64,000 nt of DNA, taken from contig CAVVTZ010000005.1 in assembly GCA_963751275.1 (NCBI GenBank), forward strand, positions 32,001 to 96,000. Reading direction: 5' to 3'. The notes beneath the pieces were generated by a model. It did no database searches and was not told the origin of the DNA. It saw only the letters and a program-made list of their open reading frames with translations. Of this stretch, positions 41,118-51,322 are shown one piece after another; within the stretch, counting starts at the first letter, position 1; every line of letters starts with the position of its first letter. The DNA is from an uncultured Gemmatimonadaceae bacterium (GTDB taxonomy: Bacteria > Gemmatimonadota > Gemmatimonadetes > Gemmatimonadales > Gemmatimonadaceae). A program made the position numbers and the translations under genes.

Positions 41118-42984
41118 CTAGAGTAGACTGCCGACATCGAGGATCAGCGACGGCGCCCCATCCGAGAGGATCGTGGCCCCGCTGAACAGTGCCATCCCGC
41201 CGCGCACCGGATCGAACTGCTTGACCACGATGTCCTGCTGTCCGGCCAGTTCATCCACCACGAGCGCGGCGTGCTTCTCGCCGACCTCCACGATCACCAC
41301 CTGCTGCATCGGCGCCGCCGAGGCGGCCAGCGACAGCCGGTTCCGCAGCCGCACCACCGGCAGCACGTCCTCGCGCAGGATGATGGCCTCGCGGCCGCGC
41401 ACGGTGCGCACGCTCGCCGCATCCAGCTCCACCGTCTCGGTCACGTGCGTCATCGGCACGGCGTACGTCTCCTCGCCCACCTTGGCGAGCATCGCCCGCA
41501 CGATCGCGAGCGTGAGCGGCAGCCGCGCGGTGACGGTGGTGCCTTCGCCCGACACCGTCCTGATCTCGACCGATCCGCCCAGCGCGCGCACGCGCGTGAG
41601 CACCACGTCGATCCCTACGCCGCGTCCCGACAGATCGGTCACCCGCTCCGCCGTCGAGAAGCCCGGGCGCGAGATGAGCCGCACGAGCTCCTCGTCCGGC
41701 AGCGCTTTCACCGTCGAGAGCACGAGGCCCATCGTGCGCGCCTTCGCGAGCACCTTCGCCCGGTCGATCCCGCGGCCGTCGTCGCTCACGCGGATCGTGA
41801 CCGCCGAGCGCTCGCGCGAGATCATGAGCTTGAGCGCGCCCTCGCGCGGCTTGCCCGCCGCCTCGCGCTCGGCCGGCATCTCGATCCCGTGGTCCACCGC
41901 GTTGCGCAGCAAGTGCATGATCGGCTCGCCGATCTCGTCGAGCATCGAGCGGTCGAGCTCGCTCTCCTGCCCCTCCACCGTGAACGAGACCTCCTTGTGC
42001 AGCGCCCGCGCCGCGTCGCGCACGAGGCGCGGGAAACGGTCGAACACCTGCGCCACGGGCACCATGCGGCAGCGCATGATCTCGTCCTGCATCTCGCCGA
42101 TGAGCCGCGCGCCCTGCGCGACAGTCTCCTCGAGCGCGGGATCGCCCGCCGCGCCGGCCATCTGCTGCAGCTGCCCGCGCGCGATCACGAGCTCGCCCAC
42201 CAGGTTCATCAACGCATCGAGGCGCGTGAGCTCGATGCGCACGTGTCGCGTGCCGCCCGCCGACGGTTCGGCCGCGGGCGCGACGCTCACCGCGGCGCCG
42301 TCGATCGTCACGCTCGCGACGTCCCCCGCCGTGCGCAGCGCCTCCGCCACCAACGAAGGCTCCACGCTCGGCGCGAGACGGATCGTGAACTCGCGCTCGA
42401 ATTCTTCGCGCTGCAGCGCCGCCAGCGCGGGTTCCACCGCCACCACCTTCCCGTACTCCGCCGCCCGCTTCACCACCAGGAACGCCCGCGCCCCCTTGAG
42501 CGCGATCCCCTCCTTCAGCACGACGCGAATGCTGATCCCGCGCTTGCCGCGGTACTTCGCGACCTTCGCCTCGGGCTTGCGCCGGCCGGCAGCCGCCGGC
42601 CGCGCCCCTTCGGCGTAGTCCTTGAGCTTCCGAGCCATCGCCAGCGCCGCCGGATCGTCGGCCTTCCCCGCCACCGCCGACGCGATCGCCTTCTCCAACG
42701 CGTCCACGCCCTTGAACAGCAGGTCCATCAGGTCGGGTGTCACCCGGCGCACCTTCTGCCGCACGCCGTCGAGCAGCGACTCCAGTCTCGTGCGCCAGCG
42801 CCGTCACGCCGGTGTAGCCCATCGTCGCGCTCATCCCCTTCACGCTGTGCACCGCGCGGAACATCCACGCCACCGGCTCGGTGGCGCGCGGCGCGCGCTC
42901 GAGCGAGAGCAGGAGATGGTTGATCGCCGAGAGCTGCTCGCGGCTCTCCGTGCGGAACAGGTCGGCGTAGCGCGTGAGGTCCAT
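41118..42984 (-). CDS. cheA: Histidine kinase CheA (frameshift near 42790)
   Basis: Hpt FRAVHSVKGMSA, Firmicute-type P2, LDALMNLVGELV, HLLRNAVDHGIE, DDGRG, SGRGVG, CheW-like P5. Confidence 0.95.
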
Positions 42985-43002
42985 GCGGCCGGCCCCGGAA
43001 CG

Positions 43003-43371
43003 TCAGCGCGAGCCGACACCCGCTGCACGGCCTCCAGCACGCGGCTCGGCTGGAACGGCTTCACCACGAAGTCCTTCGCGCCCGCCTGGATCGCCTCCAC
43101 CACGAGCGCCTGCTGGCCCATGGCGCTGCACATGAGGATCCTCGCGTTCGGATCGAACTTCGTGATCTCGCGCACGGCATCGATGCCGCCCATGTCGGGC
43201 ATCACGATGTCCATCGTGACGAGGTCGGGCTGAAGCTTGCGTATACTGCGCCACGGCCTGCGCCCCCGTCTCGGCTTCGCCGACGACGTCGAAGCCCGAC
43301 TGCTGGAGGATGTCGCTGATCATCGTCCGCATGAAGATCGCGTCGTCACAGACCAGTACCGTATGGGACAC
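43003..43371 (-). CDS. cheY: CheY, Bacillus/Thermotoga type (frameshifted)
   Basis: VLVCDDAIFMR, TMDIVMPDMGGI, CSAMGQQALVVEAIQAGAKDFVVKPF. Confidence 0.93.
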   Translation of the reverse strand: MSHTVLVCDDAIFMRTMISDILQQSGFDVVGEAETGAQAVAQYTQASARPRHDGHRDARHGRHRCRARDHEVRSEREDPHVQRHGPAGARGGGDPGGREGLRGEAVPAEPRAGGRAAGVGSR

Positions 43372-43384
43372 CGTTACCTCTCGG

Positions 43385-43819
43385 TTAAGCGAGCACGTGC
43401 GAGAGAAGATCATGAATGTCGAGCACGATCACGACGCCGCCCTCATGCGTGCCGAGGGCGCGCACCGCGCCGCCGGCCTGCACGTCGAGCGGCGCCGGCT
43501 CCAGCCCTGCGTCCGGCGCGGCCTGCACCTCCAGCACCTCGTCCACCATCGCCCCCACCAGCTTCGGCCCATGCTCGATCAGCATCACCGCGCCGCCCGC
43601 CGGCGCGGTGCGCACCTTGAGCGCCACACCGAGATCGATCACCGTCACGATCGCGCCGCGCACGTTGAGCAGCCCCACCACCGACTTCGGCGCGCCGGGC
43701 AGGCGCGTCGCCGGCCGCGTGCGCAGGATCTCGCGCACCGCGCCCAGGTCGATCCCGTACGACGTGTCCCCCAGCCGGAAGACCACCAGCCGGCGGGCGG
43801 AGATGTCAGTCGGAGACAC
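43385..43819 (-). CDS. cheW: CheW
   Basis: LVVFRLGDTSYGI, RLPGAPKSVVGLLNVRGAIVTVIDL, GAMVDEV. Confidence 0.92.
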   Translation of the reverse strand: MSPTDISARRLVVFRLGDTSYGIDLGAVREILRTRPATRLPGAPKSVVGLLNVRGAIVTVIDLGVALKVRTAPAGGAVMLIEHGPKLVGAMVDEVLEVQAAPDAGLEPAPLDVQAGGAVRALGTHEGGVVIVLDIHDLLSHVLA

Positions 43820-44818
43820 GGTAGAAGCCAAATTGGGCCAGCGGATCCGGGTCGAGTGGCGTGTCCGTCCCCGCGGCCGCAGCGAGCGAGCGCGCGAGGT
43901 CCTCGGGCAGCGGAGCGCGGAGATCGATCGACTCCCCGGTCACCGGATGCGGAAAGATCAGCCAGGCCGCGTGGAGGAAGTGTCGCTTCGGCGGCAGCGC
44001 CAGCAGACGCCGCGCCCCGCCTCCGCCGTACACGTCATCTCCCGCCACCGGATGGCCGATCGACGCGAGATGGACGCGGATCTGATGCGTGCGCCCCGTG
44101 TGCAGATGCGCGCGCAACAGATCAGCTGCGTCGAACCGGGCGAGCCGGACGAAATCCGTCCGCGCCGCCCTTCCGGTACTGACGATTGCCATGCGCCTTC
44201 GGTCTCGCGGACTGCGCGCGACCGGACGGTCCACCGTGATCCGGTCCGTCTCGAGGTGCCCCCACGCCAGAGCGGCATAGCGCCGCGACGATCTTCCGTT
44301 GCGCGATCGCCCCCGAGAGCGCCTGTGCGCGCGGTCGGTCTTCGCGACCACCAGGAGCCCCGACGTGTCCTTGTCGAGGCGGTGGACGATCCCCGCCCGC
44401 TCGCCGCCGGCGGCCGCCGCCAGCGCGCTGGCCGCGCCCCTTGAGCGCGTTCACGAGCGTGCCCGTCCAGTTCCCGGGCGCCGGATGCACGACCATCCCC
44501 GCCGGCTTGTCCACGACGAGCACATCCGTCGTCCTCGAAGACGATCGTGAGCGGGAAGTTTCTCCGCGCCCACCTCGCGCGCGCGCGCTCGCTGGGATCT
44601 CCACCACGATCACGTCGCCCGGCTCGGCCTGGAAGCTCGCCTTCTCGCGCTTCCCCGTCGACGAGCACGGCTCCCGTCGCGATCAGCGTCGCCGCCTGCG
44701 TGCGGGAGAGGTCGAGCCGGCGGGCGACGAGCAGATCGAGGCGGACATCGCTGTCCGCCTCGGCCGTCCACTGCTCGCGGCGCCCGGGCACGAGGCCCGG
44801 CGCGGGCGGCTCGCTCAT
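43806..44818 (-). CDS. rluD: RluA/RluD-family pseudouridine synthase (frameshifted)
   Basis: S4 domain (RLDLLVA..SRTQA), VVDKPAGMVVHPAPG, LHTGRTHQIRVH, HFLHA. Confidence 0.85.
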
Positions 44819-45356
44819 GTGCTGCGCTCGGAGATCACCGACGGCGTCCCGCCCGGCACGTGCGAGCCCTGCTCCTTCCTGCCAGAGCACGCAGCGCGAG
44901 CAGCACCGCGCCGCAGCTCACGCGCCATGTCCGCCACGTTGAACGTCGGCCAGCGCGAGCGCGCCGACGCCGACGTCGATGAAGTCCACGACGCCCGCGC
45001 CGAGCGCAGCCGGTCGATCAGGTTGCCGAGCGCGCCGCCGCACGACGATCGCGAGCGCGGAGACGCGGCACCAGTCGCCCGCGCTGCGTGTGCGGAGCAT
45101 CCCACGAGGATGACGATCGCGCCACGGTGAGCACGATGAAGATCCAGCGCGACCAGGCGCCGAGGTAGAGCCCGAACGCCGCGCCCTGGTTGTAGACCAG
45201 GCGCAGCTGGATCGCAGTCGCCGATCACCTGCGCGCGGCACGTAGCGACGGCACGAGCTCCGCGACCGCGAGCAGCTTCGTGATGACATCGGCGACGCAC
45301 GATCACCGAGGCGATCCACGCCGAAGAGGAGGCGCGTTACGCCTGCTTCTTGCCAT
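44815..45356 (-). CDS. lspA: Lipoprotein signal peptidase II (frameshifted)
   Basis: Fragments LVYNQGAAFG, GGALGNLIDRL, VVDFIDVG, WPTFNVAD. Confidence 0.85.
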
Positions 45357-45762
45357 TCTCTTCCCGCTGCTTGCAGGCGATGCAGAAGCGCGCGTGCGGC
45401 AGCGCGTCGAGCCGGTCGAAGTCGATCTCCTCGCCGCAGCTGTGGCACTTGCCCGAACGTCTCGGGCGAGCGGTAGAGGCGGCGCAACGCCTCGTCGATG
45501 TGCCAGAGGAACCGCCCTTCCTGGCTCGCGAACAGGAACGCCTTCTCGCGCTCCATGGCGTCGGTGCCCTGGTCGGCCATGTGGAACGAGTACGACGAGA
45601 GGTCGCCGTCGGCGCCCTGCGGCGTCGAGCCGAAGGTCTCGTCGTAGTGGCCGAGTTCCTTCAGCACGCGCTGACGCTCTTCGAGCAGCCGCTTCTCGAA
45701 GTGCGCGAGCTGCTTCTTGCTCATCGGCTTGAACTTCTCTTCGCCGCCCGTGTCGGCGCCAT
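45337..45762 (-). CDS. DksA/TraR C4 zinc-finger protein (frameshifted; start approximate)
   Basis: Coiled coil with HMADQGTDAMERE tip, IDEALRRL, then CHSC...RLDALPHARFCIAC. Confidence 0.85.
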
Positions 45763-45764
45763 CG

Positions 45765-48700
45765 TCAGCGTCCCTCGTGAGAGCGAGGTGTGCGGTCATG
45801 CCGTCGAGCTCGAGGGCGATGGCCGATGGATCGCCGAGAGAGCGTCGCGTGACAACCGATCGTCTCGCGGGCGAGCACTTCGCCGGCGATCCACTGCCGG
45901 TGCTGCTCGCGCGACCGCCGCACGCGTCGGGGCCCGGCGACCTACAGCCGGATCCGGTCGCTCACCGCGAGCCCCGCGTCCTTCCGCAGCCGCTGCACGC
46001 GGCTCACGATTTCCCGTGCAATACCCTCGGCGCGCAGCTCCGGTGTCACGCGTCGTGTCGATCGCCGCGAAGACGCGCGCCGTCCTCCTGCACCACCAGC
46101 GTCGCCCGCTCGCGCGGCGGTGGATCGTGACGTCGTCGGCCGTGAGGCGGTGGTGCGTGCCGTCCACGCCGATGATCGACCGGCTCGCCGCGCTCGAAGC
46201 GCGCAGCATGTCCGTGGACGAGCGCGGCCACCGCCTGCGGCGGCGCGCGGCGTCGTCCTTGCCGAACCGCTGGCCGAGCGCGCGAAAGTTCGGCTTCGCC
46301 TCGAGCGACACGAGCGCGTCGGCGCTCGTCGCCAACTCCACCGACTTCACGTTCAGCTCTGCGGCCAGCAGCGGCACCAGCGCCGCACGAGTCGACGCCA
46401 CCGGTCCGCGTGCCGCGGCAGCACGCAGACCATCCGGCGCGAGCGGCTGGCGCACGTTGACGCCCGCCGTCCTCGCGCGCGCGCGCGGCCAGCGTGGCGA
46501 GCGTGCGCATCTCGCGCCATCGCCTGCTTCGAGGTCGGCGCCTCGGCGCAAACGGCAGCGGACGGACGTACGGCGCCACGTGCACCGACTCGCCGGTGAG
46601 CTCGCGGTGCATCCAGTCCGTGAGGAACGGCGCGAACGGCGCCAGCAGCCGGCAGTCACGATGAGCACCTCGTGCAGCGTCGCGAACGCCGCGCGGCTGT
46701 CCGGCGCTCGTCACGTCGTAGAACCGCTCGCGCGATTGAGCCGCACGTACCAGTTCGACACGTCGTCCGTCACGAACTCCATCACGACGCGCGCGGCGCG
46801 CCGTGGCGTCGTAGCCCGTCCAGCAGCGCGGTCGCCTCGCGCCTCGACCGTCGCGAGCCGCGAGAGCAGCCAGCGGTCCGGCGCGCGGCCGCGCCGCCGG
46901 CGCCGGATCGGCGCGGCGGGCGCCCAGCCAAGTCGGCGTACAGCGCGAAGAGGTCGTACAGGTTCTTGAGCGTGATCAGGAAGCGGCCCGCCGTCTCGCG
47001 GATCACCGACTCGTCGAAGCTGCGCGGCATCCACACCTGGCTCGAGGTGAGCAGGAACAGCCGCACCGCGTCGGCGCCGTGCTTCGCATCACCGCCATCG
47101 GCTCCACGACGTTGCCGCGGCTCTTCGACATCTTCTGCCCGTTCGCGTCGAGCACCAGCTCGTTCACGACCACGTTCCGGTACGGCGATGCCAGCGGGTT
47201 CGCCGCGGTGCGCGGCGCCCGGCGCGGCGTCGTCGCGGCGCGTCCCGCGGCGGCCAGCGCGTCGCCGACGCCCGTCGCGATCGCGAGCAGCGAGTAGAAC
47301 CACCCGCGCGTCTGGTCCACGCCCTCGGCGATGAAGTCCGCCGGGAAGTGCGCGCGCGAACTCGCTCTCGTTCTCGAACGGATAGTGCCACTGCGCGAAC
47401 GGCATCGAGCCCGAGTCGAACCAGGTGTCGATCACCTCGCGGCGCGCGGCGCATCGTGCCGCCGCCCGCGTGCGCGCGGCCACGTGTACGCGTCGATGAA
47501 CGGCTTGTGCGGATCGAAATCGGCCGGCAGCGCGCTGCCCCGATCGCGCCGCGAGCTCGGCGTAGCTGCCCGATCACCTCGACGTGCCGCGGATCCGCGT
47601 CGCACACCCACACCGGGAGCGGCGTGCCCCAGTAGCGGTCGCGCGAGAGCGCCCAGTCGACGTTGTTCTCCAGCCACTCGCCGAAGCGCCCGCTGCCCGA
47701 CCTCCGGCGGGTGCCAGTCGATCGCGCGCGTTGAGCGCGAGCATCCGGTCCTTGACCGCCGTCGTGCGGACGAACCACGACTCGCGCGCGTAGTAGAGCA
47801 GCGGCGTGTCGCAGCGCCAGCAGTGCGGATAGGAGTGCTCGATCGTGCCCGCTTTCCAGAGCACGCCGCGCCCTTCAGCTCCTCGATGATCGCCGGCGTC
47901 GGCGTCCTTCACGAACATGCCCGCCGACCACGGGCAGGTCCGCCGGGAATTCGCCCGCGCGTCGTCCACCGGGCTGCAGCAGCGCCAGCCCGTGCCGCTT
48001 GCCCGCCGCGTAGTCGTCCGCGCCGAACGCCGGCGCCATGTGCACCACCCCGCTGCCGTCCTCCGCCGACACGAAGATCTCGCCGACGATGATCTCGTGT
48101 CTCGCCCTCGGGATACGGCAGCCAGTCGAGCGGACGCTTGTACGTGCGGCCCGACGAGCTCAGTGCCCGGGAATCGCGACACGATCTCCCACCGATCCGC
48201 CCAGTCCTCGCCGAGCACGGCCGGCGCGCGCGATTCGGCCATGATGAGACCGGGCTCGCTCTTCGCCTTGCGCTTGACCTCGACGTACGTGAACTCCGGA
48301 TTCACCGCGAGCGCGACGTTCGAGACGAGCGTCCACGGCGTCGTGGTCCACACGAGGATTCGGACCGGACTCGGTCGATTCCGACTCCCGACTCCCGAAC
48401 AGGCTCAAGCTCGAGCATCAGGTACACGCTCGGATCTTCGACGTCGTCGTACCCCTGCGCCACTTCGTGCGACGAGAGCGCCGTCCCGCACCGCGGGCAG
48501 TACGGCAGGATCTTGTGCCCGACGTACAGCAGCCCCCGCGTCGTGCAGCGTCTGCGAGCGCCCACCACACACTCTCGATGTAGTCGTTCGAGTACGTGAC
48601 GTACGGATCGGAGTAGTCGAGCCAGTAGCCGATGCGCGCGCTCAGCCGCTCCCACTCGCCCTTGTACTTCCACACGCTCTCGCGGCACTTCGCGTTGAAC

Positions 48701-49057
48701 TCCGCCACGCCGTACTTCTCGATCTCGGGCTTGCCGTTGAGGCCGAGCTGCTTTCTCGACCTCGATCTCCACCGGCAGCCCGTGCGTGTCCCAGCCCGCT
48801 TTGCGCAGCACGTGGCGTCCCTTCATCACCTGGTAGCGGCAGAAGAGATCCTTGATCGTGCGCGAGAACACGTGGTGGATGCCGGGGCGGCCGTTCGCCG
48901 TGGGCGGGCCCTCGAAGAAGACGAAGTCCTTCGCGCCCTCGCGCTCGCGGATCGTGCGCGCGAGCAGATCCTCCGCCGTCCAGCGGGCGAGCATCTCGAG
49001 CTCCAGCGCGTCGGCGGTCTGGTCCGCGGGGGGAACGCGGAAACGGGGCGCGGTCAC
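45765..49057 (-). CDS. ileS: Isoleucine--tRNA ligase, type 2 (many frameshifts)
   Basis: [74 protein letters not shown]. Confidence 0.92.
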
Positions 49058-49934
49058 AGGCGCTCCAGCACGCCGCGCACGAGCGCCGTGAGTTGGGTTC
49101 GGCCGCATTCGCCACCGCGACGATCCGCTCGAGCGTCACCGGCTCGAGCGTGTCGGGGATGCACAGATCGGTGATCATCGAGATGCCGAGCACCTTCATC
49201 CCGCCGTGCACCGCGACGATCACCTCGGGCACGGTGGACATCCCCACCACGTCCGCGCCGAGCGCGCGCAGCATGCGGTACTCCGCGCGCGTCTCGAAGC
49301 TCGGCCCCGTCACCGCGGCGTAGACGCCCTCGCGCAGCGTGATCGCCGTTCTGCCGTCGCCACGCGCGCGCGCGATCGCGCAACGCCCGCGTCGTACGGC
49401 GCGGACATGTCGGGGAAGCGCGGGCCCAGCGACGTCGTCGTTCGGGCCGATCAGCGGATTGTCGCCGAGCAGGTTGATGTGATCGCCGATGAGCATCAGA
49501 TCGCCGGCGCGATATTCGGGATTCAGCGCGCCGCACGCGTTGGAGACGATCAGCGTGCGCGCGCCGAGTTCGCGCATCACGCGCACCGGGAAGCTCACCT
49601 GCTGCGCGGTGTAGCCCTCGTACAAATGGAAGCGCCCTTGCATCGCGACGACGCTCTTCCCGCCGAGCGTGCCGCCAATGAGCCGGCCCGCGTGCGACTC
49701 CACGGTGGAGAGCGGGAATCCGGGGATCGACTCGTACTCGATCGCGACGGGATCCGCGATCTCGCGCGCGAGCGCGCCCAGTCCCGTGCCGAGGATGATG
49801 CCGACGGCGGGCGCAACGGCGAAGCGGTCGCGCACCGCGGCGGCCGCGACAGCGATCGCGGCCCGCGTGTGAGCATGCTGGGGAGGCGCGACGCCGAGCG
49901 TCCGGGGGTCGTCGAGCCTGTACGGCTGCTTCAT
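49054..49934 (-). CDS. punA: Purine nucleoside phosphorylase, trimeric type (frameshifted)
   Basis: GIILGTGLG, QGRFHLYEGY, GPSFETRAE, GADVVGMSTVPE. Confidence 0.92.
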
Positions 49935-50605
49935 TCCTTGACGAGCGACTCCAGCCAGGCGGGGGTCTTCACGTGGCCGCGCGTGTCGGTCGCGGCCTCG
50001 CTCTCCGCGCTCGCGCGCCGCGGAGCCGCCGGAGCCGCCGGAGCCGGCGGCGCCGGCGGTGCGCCGGACGCGGCGGGCGCAGCCGGAGCAGCGGGTGCGG
50101 CGGGATTCGCCGGAGCCGCGGGCTTCGCCGGTGCCGCCGGCGGCGCGTGCAGCGCGCCGAGCTCCGCGAGCTGCCGCTCGATCACCGCGCGCAGTTGCGC
50201 GATGTACGTCACGCGCGACTTGTCGAGCCCGACCAATTCCGATTCGAGCCGCCGCACTTCCCCCTTCGCCGCATCCACGAGACGCTCAGCATCCGCGCGC
50301 GCCTCGCGCAGGATCAGCTGCGCTTCGCGGTCGGCCTGCTCGCGCATCTCGGAGCGCAGCTGCTGCGCGCTCACGAGCGCGTCGTTCAGCGCCTTGTCGC
50401 GCTCGCGGAACGCGCGCAGCTGCTCGTGGAAGCCGCGCGCCTTCGCGTCGAGCTCCTGGTTCAGCTTCGTCAGACGCTCGAGCTCGTCGGCCACCTGATT
50501 GCGGAAGTCCTCGACCTTCTGCGCGTCAAAGCCGCGGAAGGCCTTGCTCCCGAAATCGTAGCGCCGGATGTCGAGCGGGGTCAGATGGAAAGATTCGTCG
50601 GTCAT
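49931..50605 (-). CDS. divIVA: DivIVA-domain protein
   Basis: LTPLDIRRYDF..FRGFD..VEDF N-terminal domain, long coiled coil, Pro/Ala-rich tail. Confidence 0.88.
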   Translation of the reverse strand: MTDESFHLTPLDIRRYDFGSKAFRGFDAQKVEDFRNQVADELERLTKLNQELDAKARGFHEQLRAFRERDKALNDALVSAQQLRSEMREQADREAQLILREARADAERLVDAAKGEVRRLESELVGLDKSRVTYIAQLRAVIERQLAELGALHAPPAAPAKPAAPANPAAPAAPAAPAASGAPPAPPAPAAPAAPRRASAESEAATDTRGHVKTPAWLESLVKE

Positions 50606-51285
50606 GTGCCTCTCGCTCCAAACAGGACGGTGCCCAACCGGACCATCGTCGCTCCTTCTTCCACCGCGATCTCGAAATCGTTCGACATGCCCATCGAGAG
50701 CACCGACGCCGGATGTCCGGCGGCGATCAACAGATCCCGGGCCTCGCGCGCGCCGCGGAACACCGTTCGCAGCGTGCGTTCGTTCGCATCGAGCGGCGCC
50801 ATCGTCATCACACCCGCCACGCGCACGCCCGCCCTTCGCGTGAATCGTTCGGCCTCCGCCGCGAGTTCCGCGGGCGGGAAGCCGCCCTTCGATTCTTCGC
50901 CCACGACACTCACCTGCACCAGCGACTCGATCGCGCGATGCTGCGCCACGCCGAACTCGCTGATCGCATCCGCCAGCCGCGCGCTGTCCACCGACTGCAC
51001 GAGCGCGAAATGGCCGGTCTCCTTCACCTTGTTGCGCTGCAGGTGGCCGATGAGATGCCACCGCACCGCGACTGTCACCGCATCCATCTTCGCGCGCGCT
51101 TCCTGCACGCGATTCTCACCCACATCGTGCAGGCCGGCGCCGTACGCCGCCTCGACCGCGTCGGGACCGTGCGTCTTCGTCACCGCCACGATCGTGACGT
51201 GTTGCCCATGTCCGCCGCGGGACACCGCCGCTTCGATCCGGCCCTGCACCTCCGCCAGCCGGCCGGCGAGGTCCTGGAAATCCAT
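50602..51285 (-). CDS. yggS: PLP homeostasis protein YggS/PROSC
   Basis: VAVTKT, GENRVQE, WHLIGHLQRNK, LSMGMSNDFE, VRLGTVLFG. Confidence 0.95.
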   Translation of the reverse strand: MDFQDLAGRLAEVQGRIEAAVSRGGHGQHVTIVAVTKTHGPDAVEAAYGAGLHDVGENRVQEARAKMDAVTVAVRWHLIGHLQRNKVKETGHFALVQSVDSARLADAISEFGVAQHRAIESLVQVSVVGEESKGGFPPAELAAEAERFTRRAGVRVAGVMTMAPLDANERTLRTVFRGAREARDLLIAAGHPASVLSMGMSNDFEIAVEEGATMVRLGTVLFGARGT

Positions 51286-51293
51286 AAGGCATT

Positions 51294-51322
51294 AAGCTAT
51301 CGAAACTTACACCGCGAATCAA
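51294..51322 (-). promoter_or_regulatory. Sigma70-type promoter of yggS (TTGATT-N17-TAGCTT)
   Basis: -35 at 51317-51322, -10 at 51294-51299, 8 nt from the ATG. Lies within the 3' end of the upstream gene. Confidence 0.55.

Noticed and set aside
37791..41126. Very long plus-strand ORFs (e.g. 1111, 866, 783 and 720 aa) opposite real genes
   Set aside because: Antisense shadow ORFs expected at high GC, with Arg/Ala-rich composition and no recognisable motifs.
43806..49934. Cluster of apparent pseudogenes (rluD, lspA, dksA-like, ileS, punA), plus frameshifts in asnS, murC, murD, mraY, ftsQ, cheA, cheY and cheD
   Set aside because: Essential genes are hit, catalytic motifs are intact, and the indels cluster regionally. 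This fits low-coverage long-read errors rather than decay or programmed frameshifting.
50020..50140. Short tandem GC-rich repeats as CRISPR or VNTR
   Set aside because: They encode the Pro/Ala linker of DivIVA. No repeat-spacer structure or cas genes are seen in the window.
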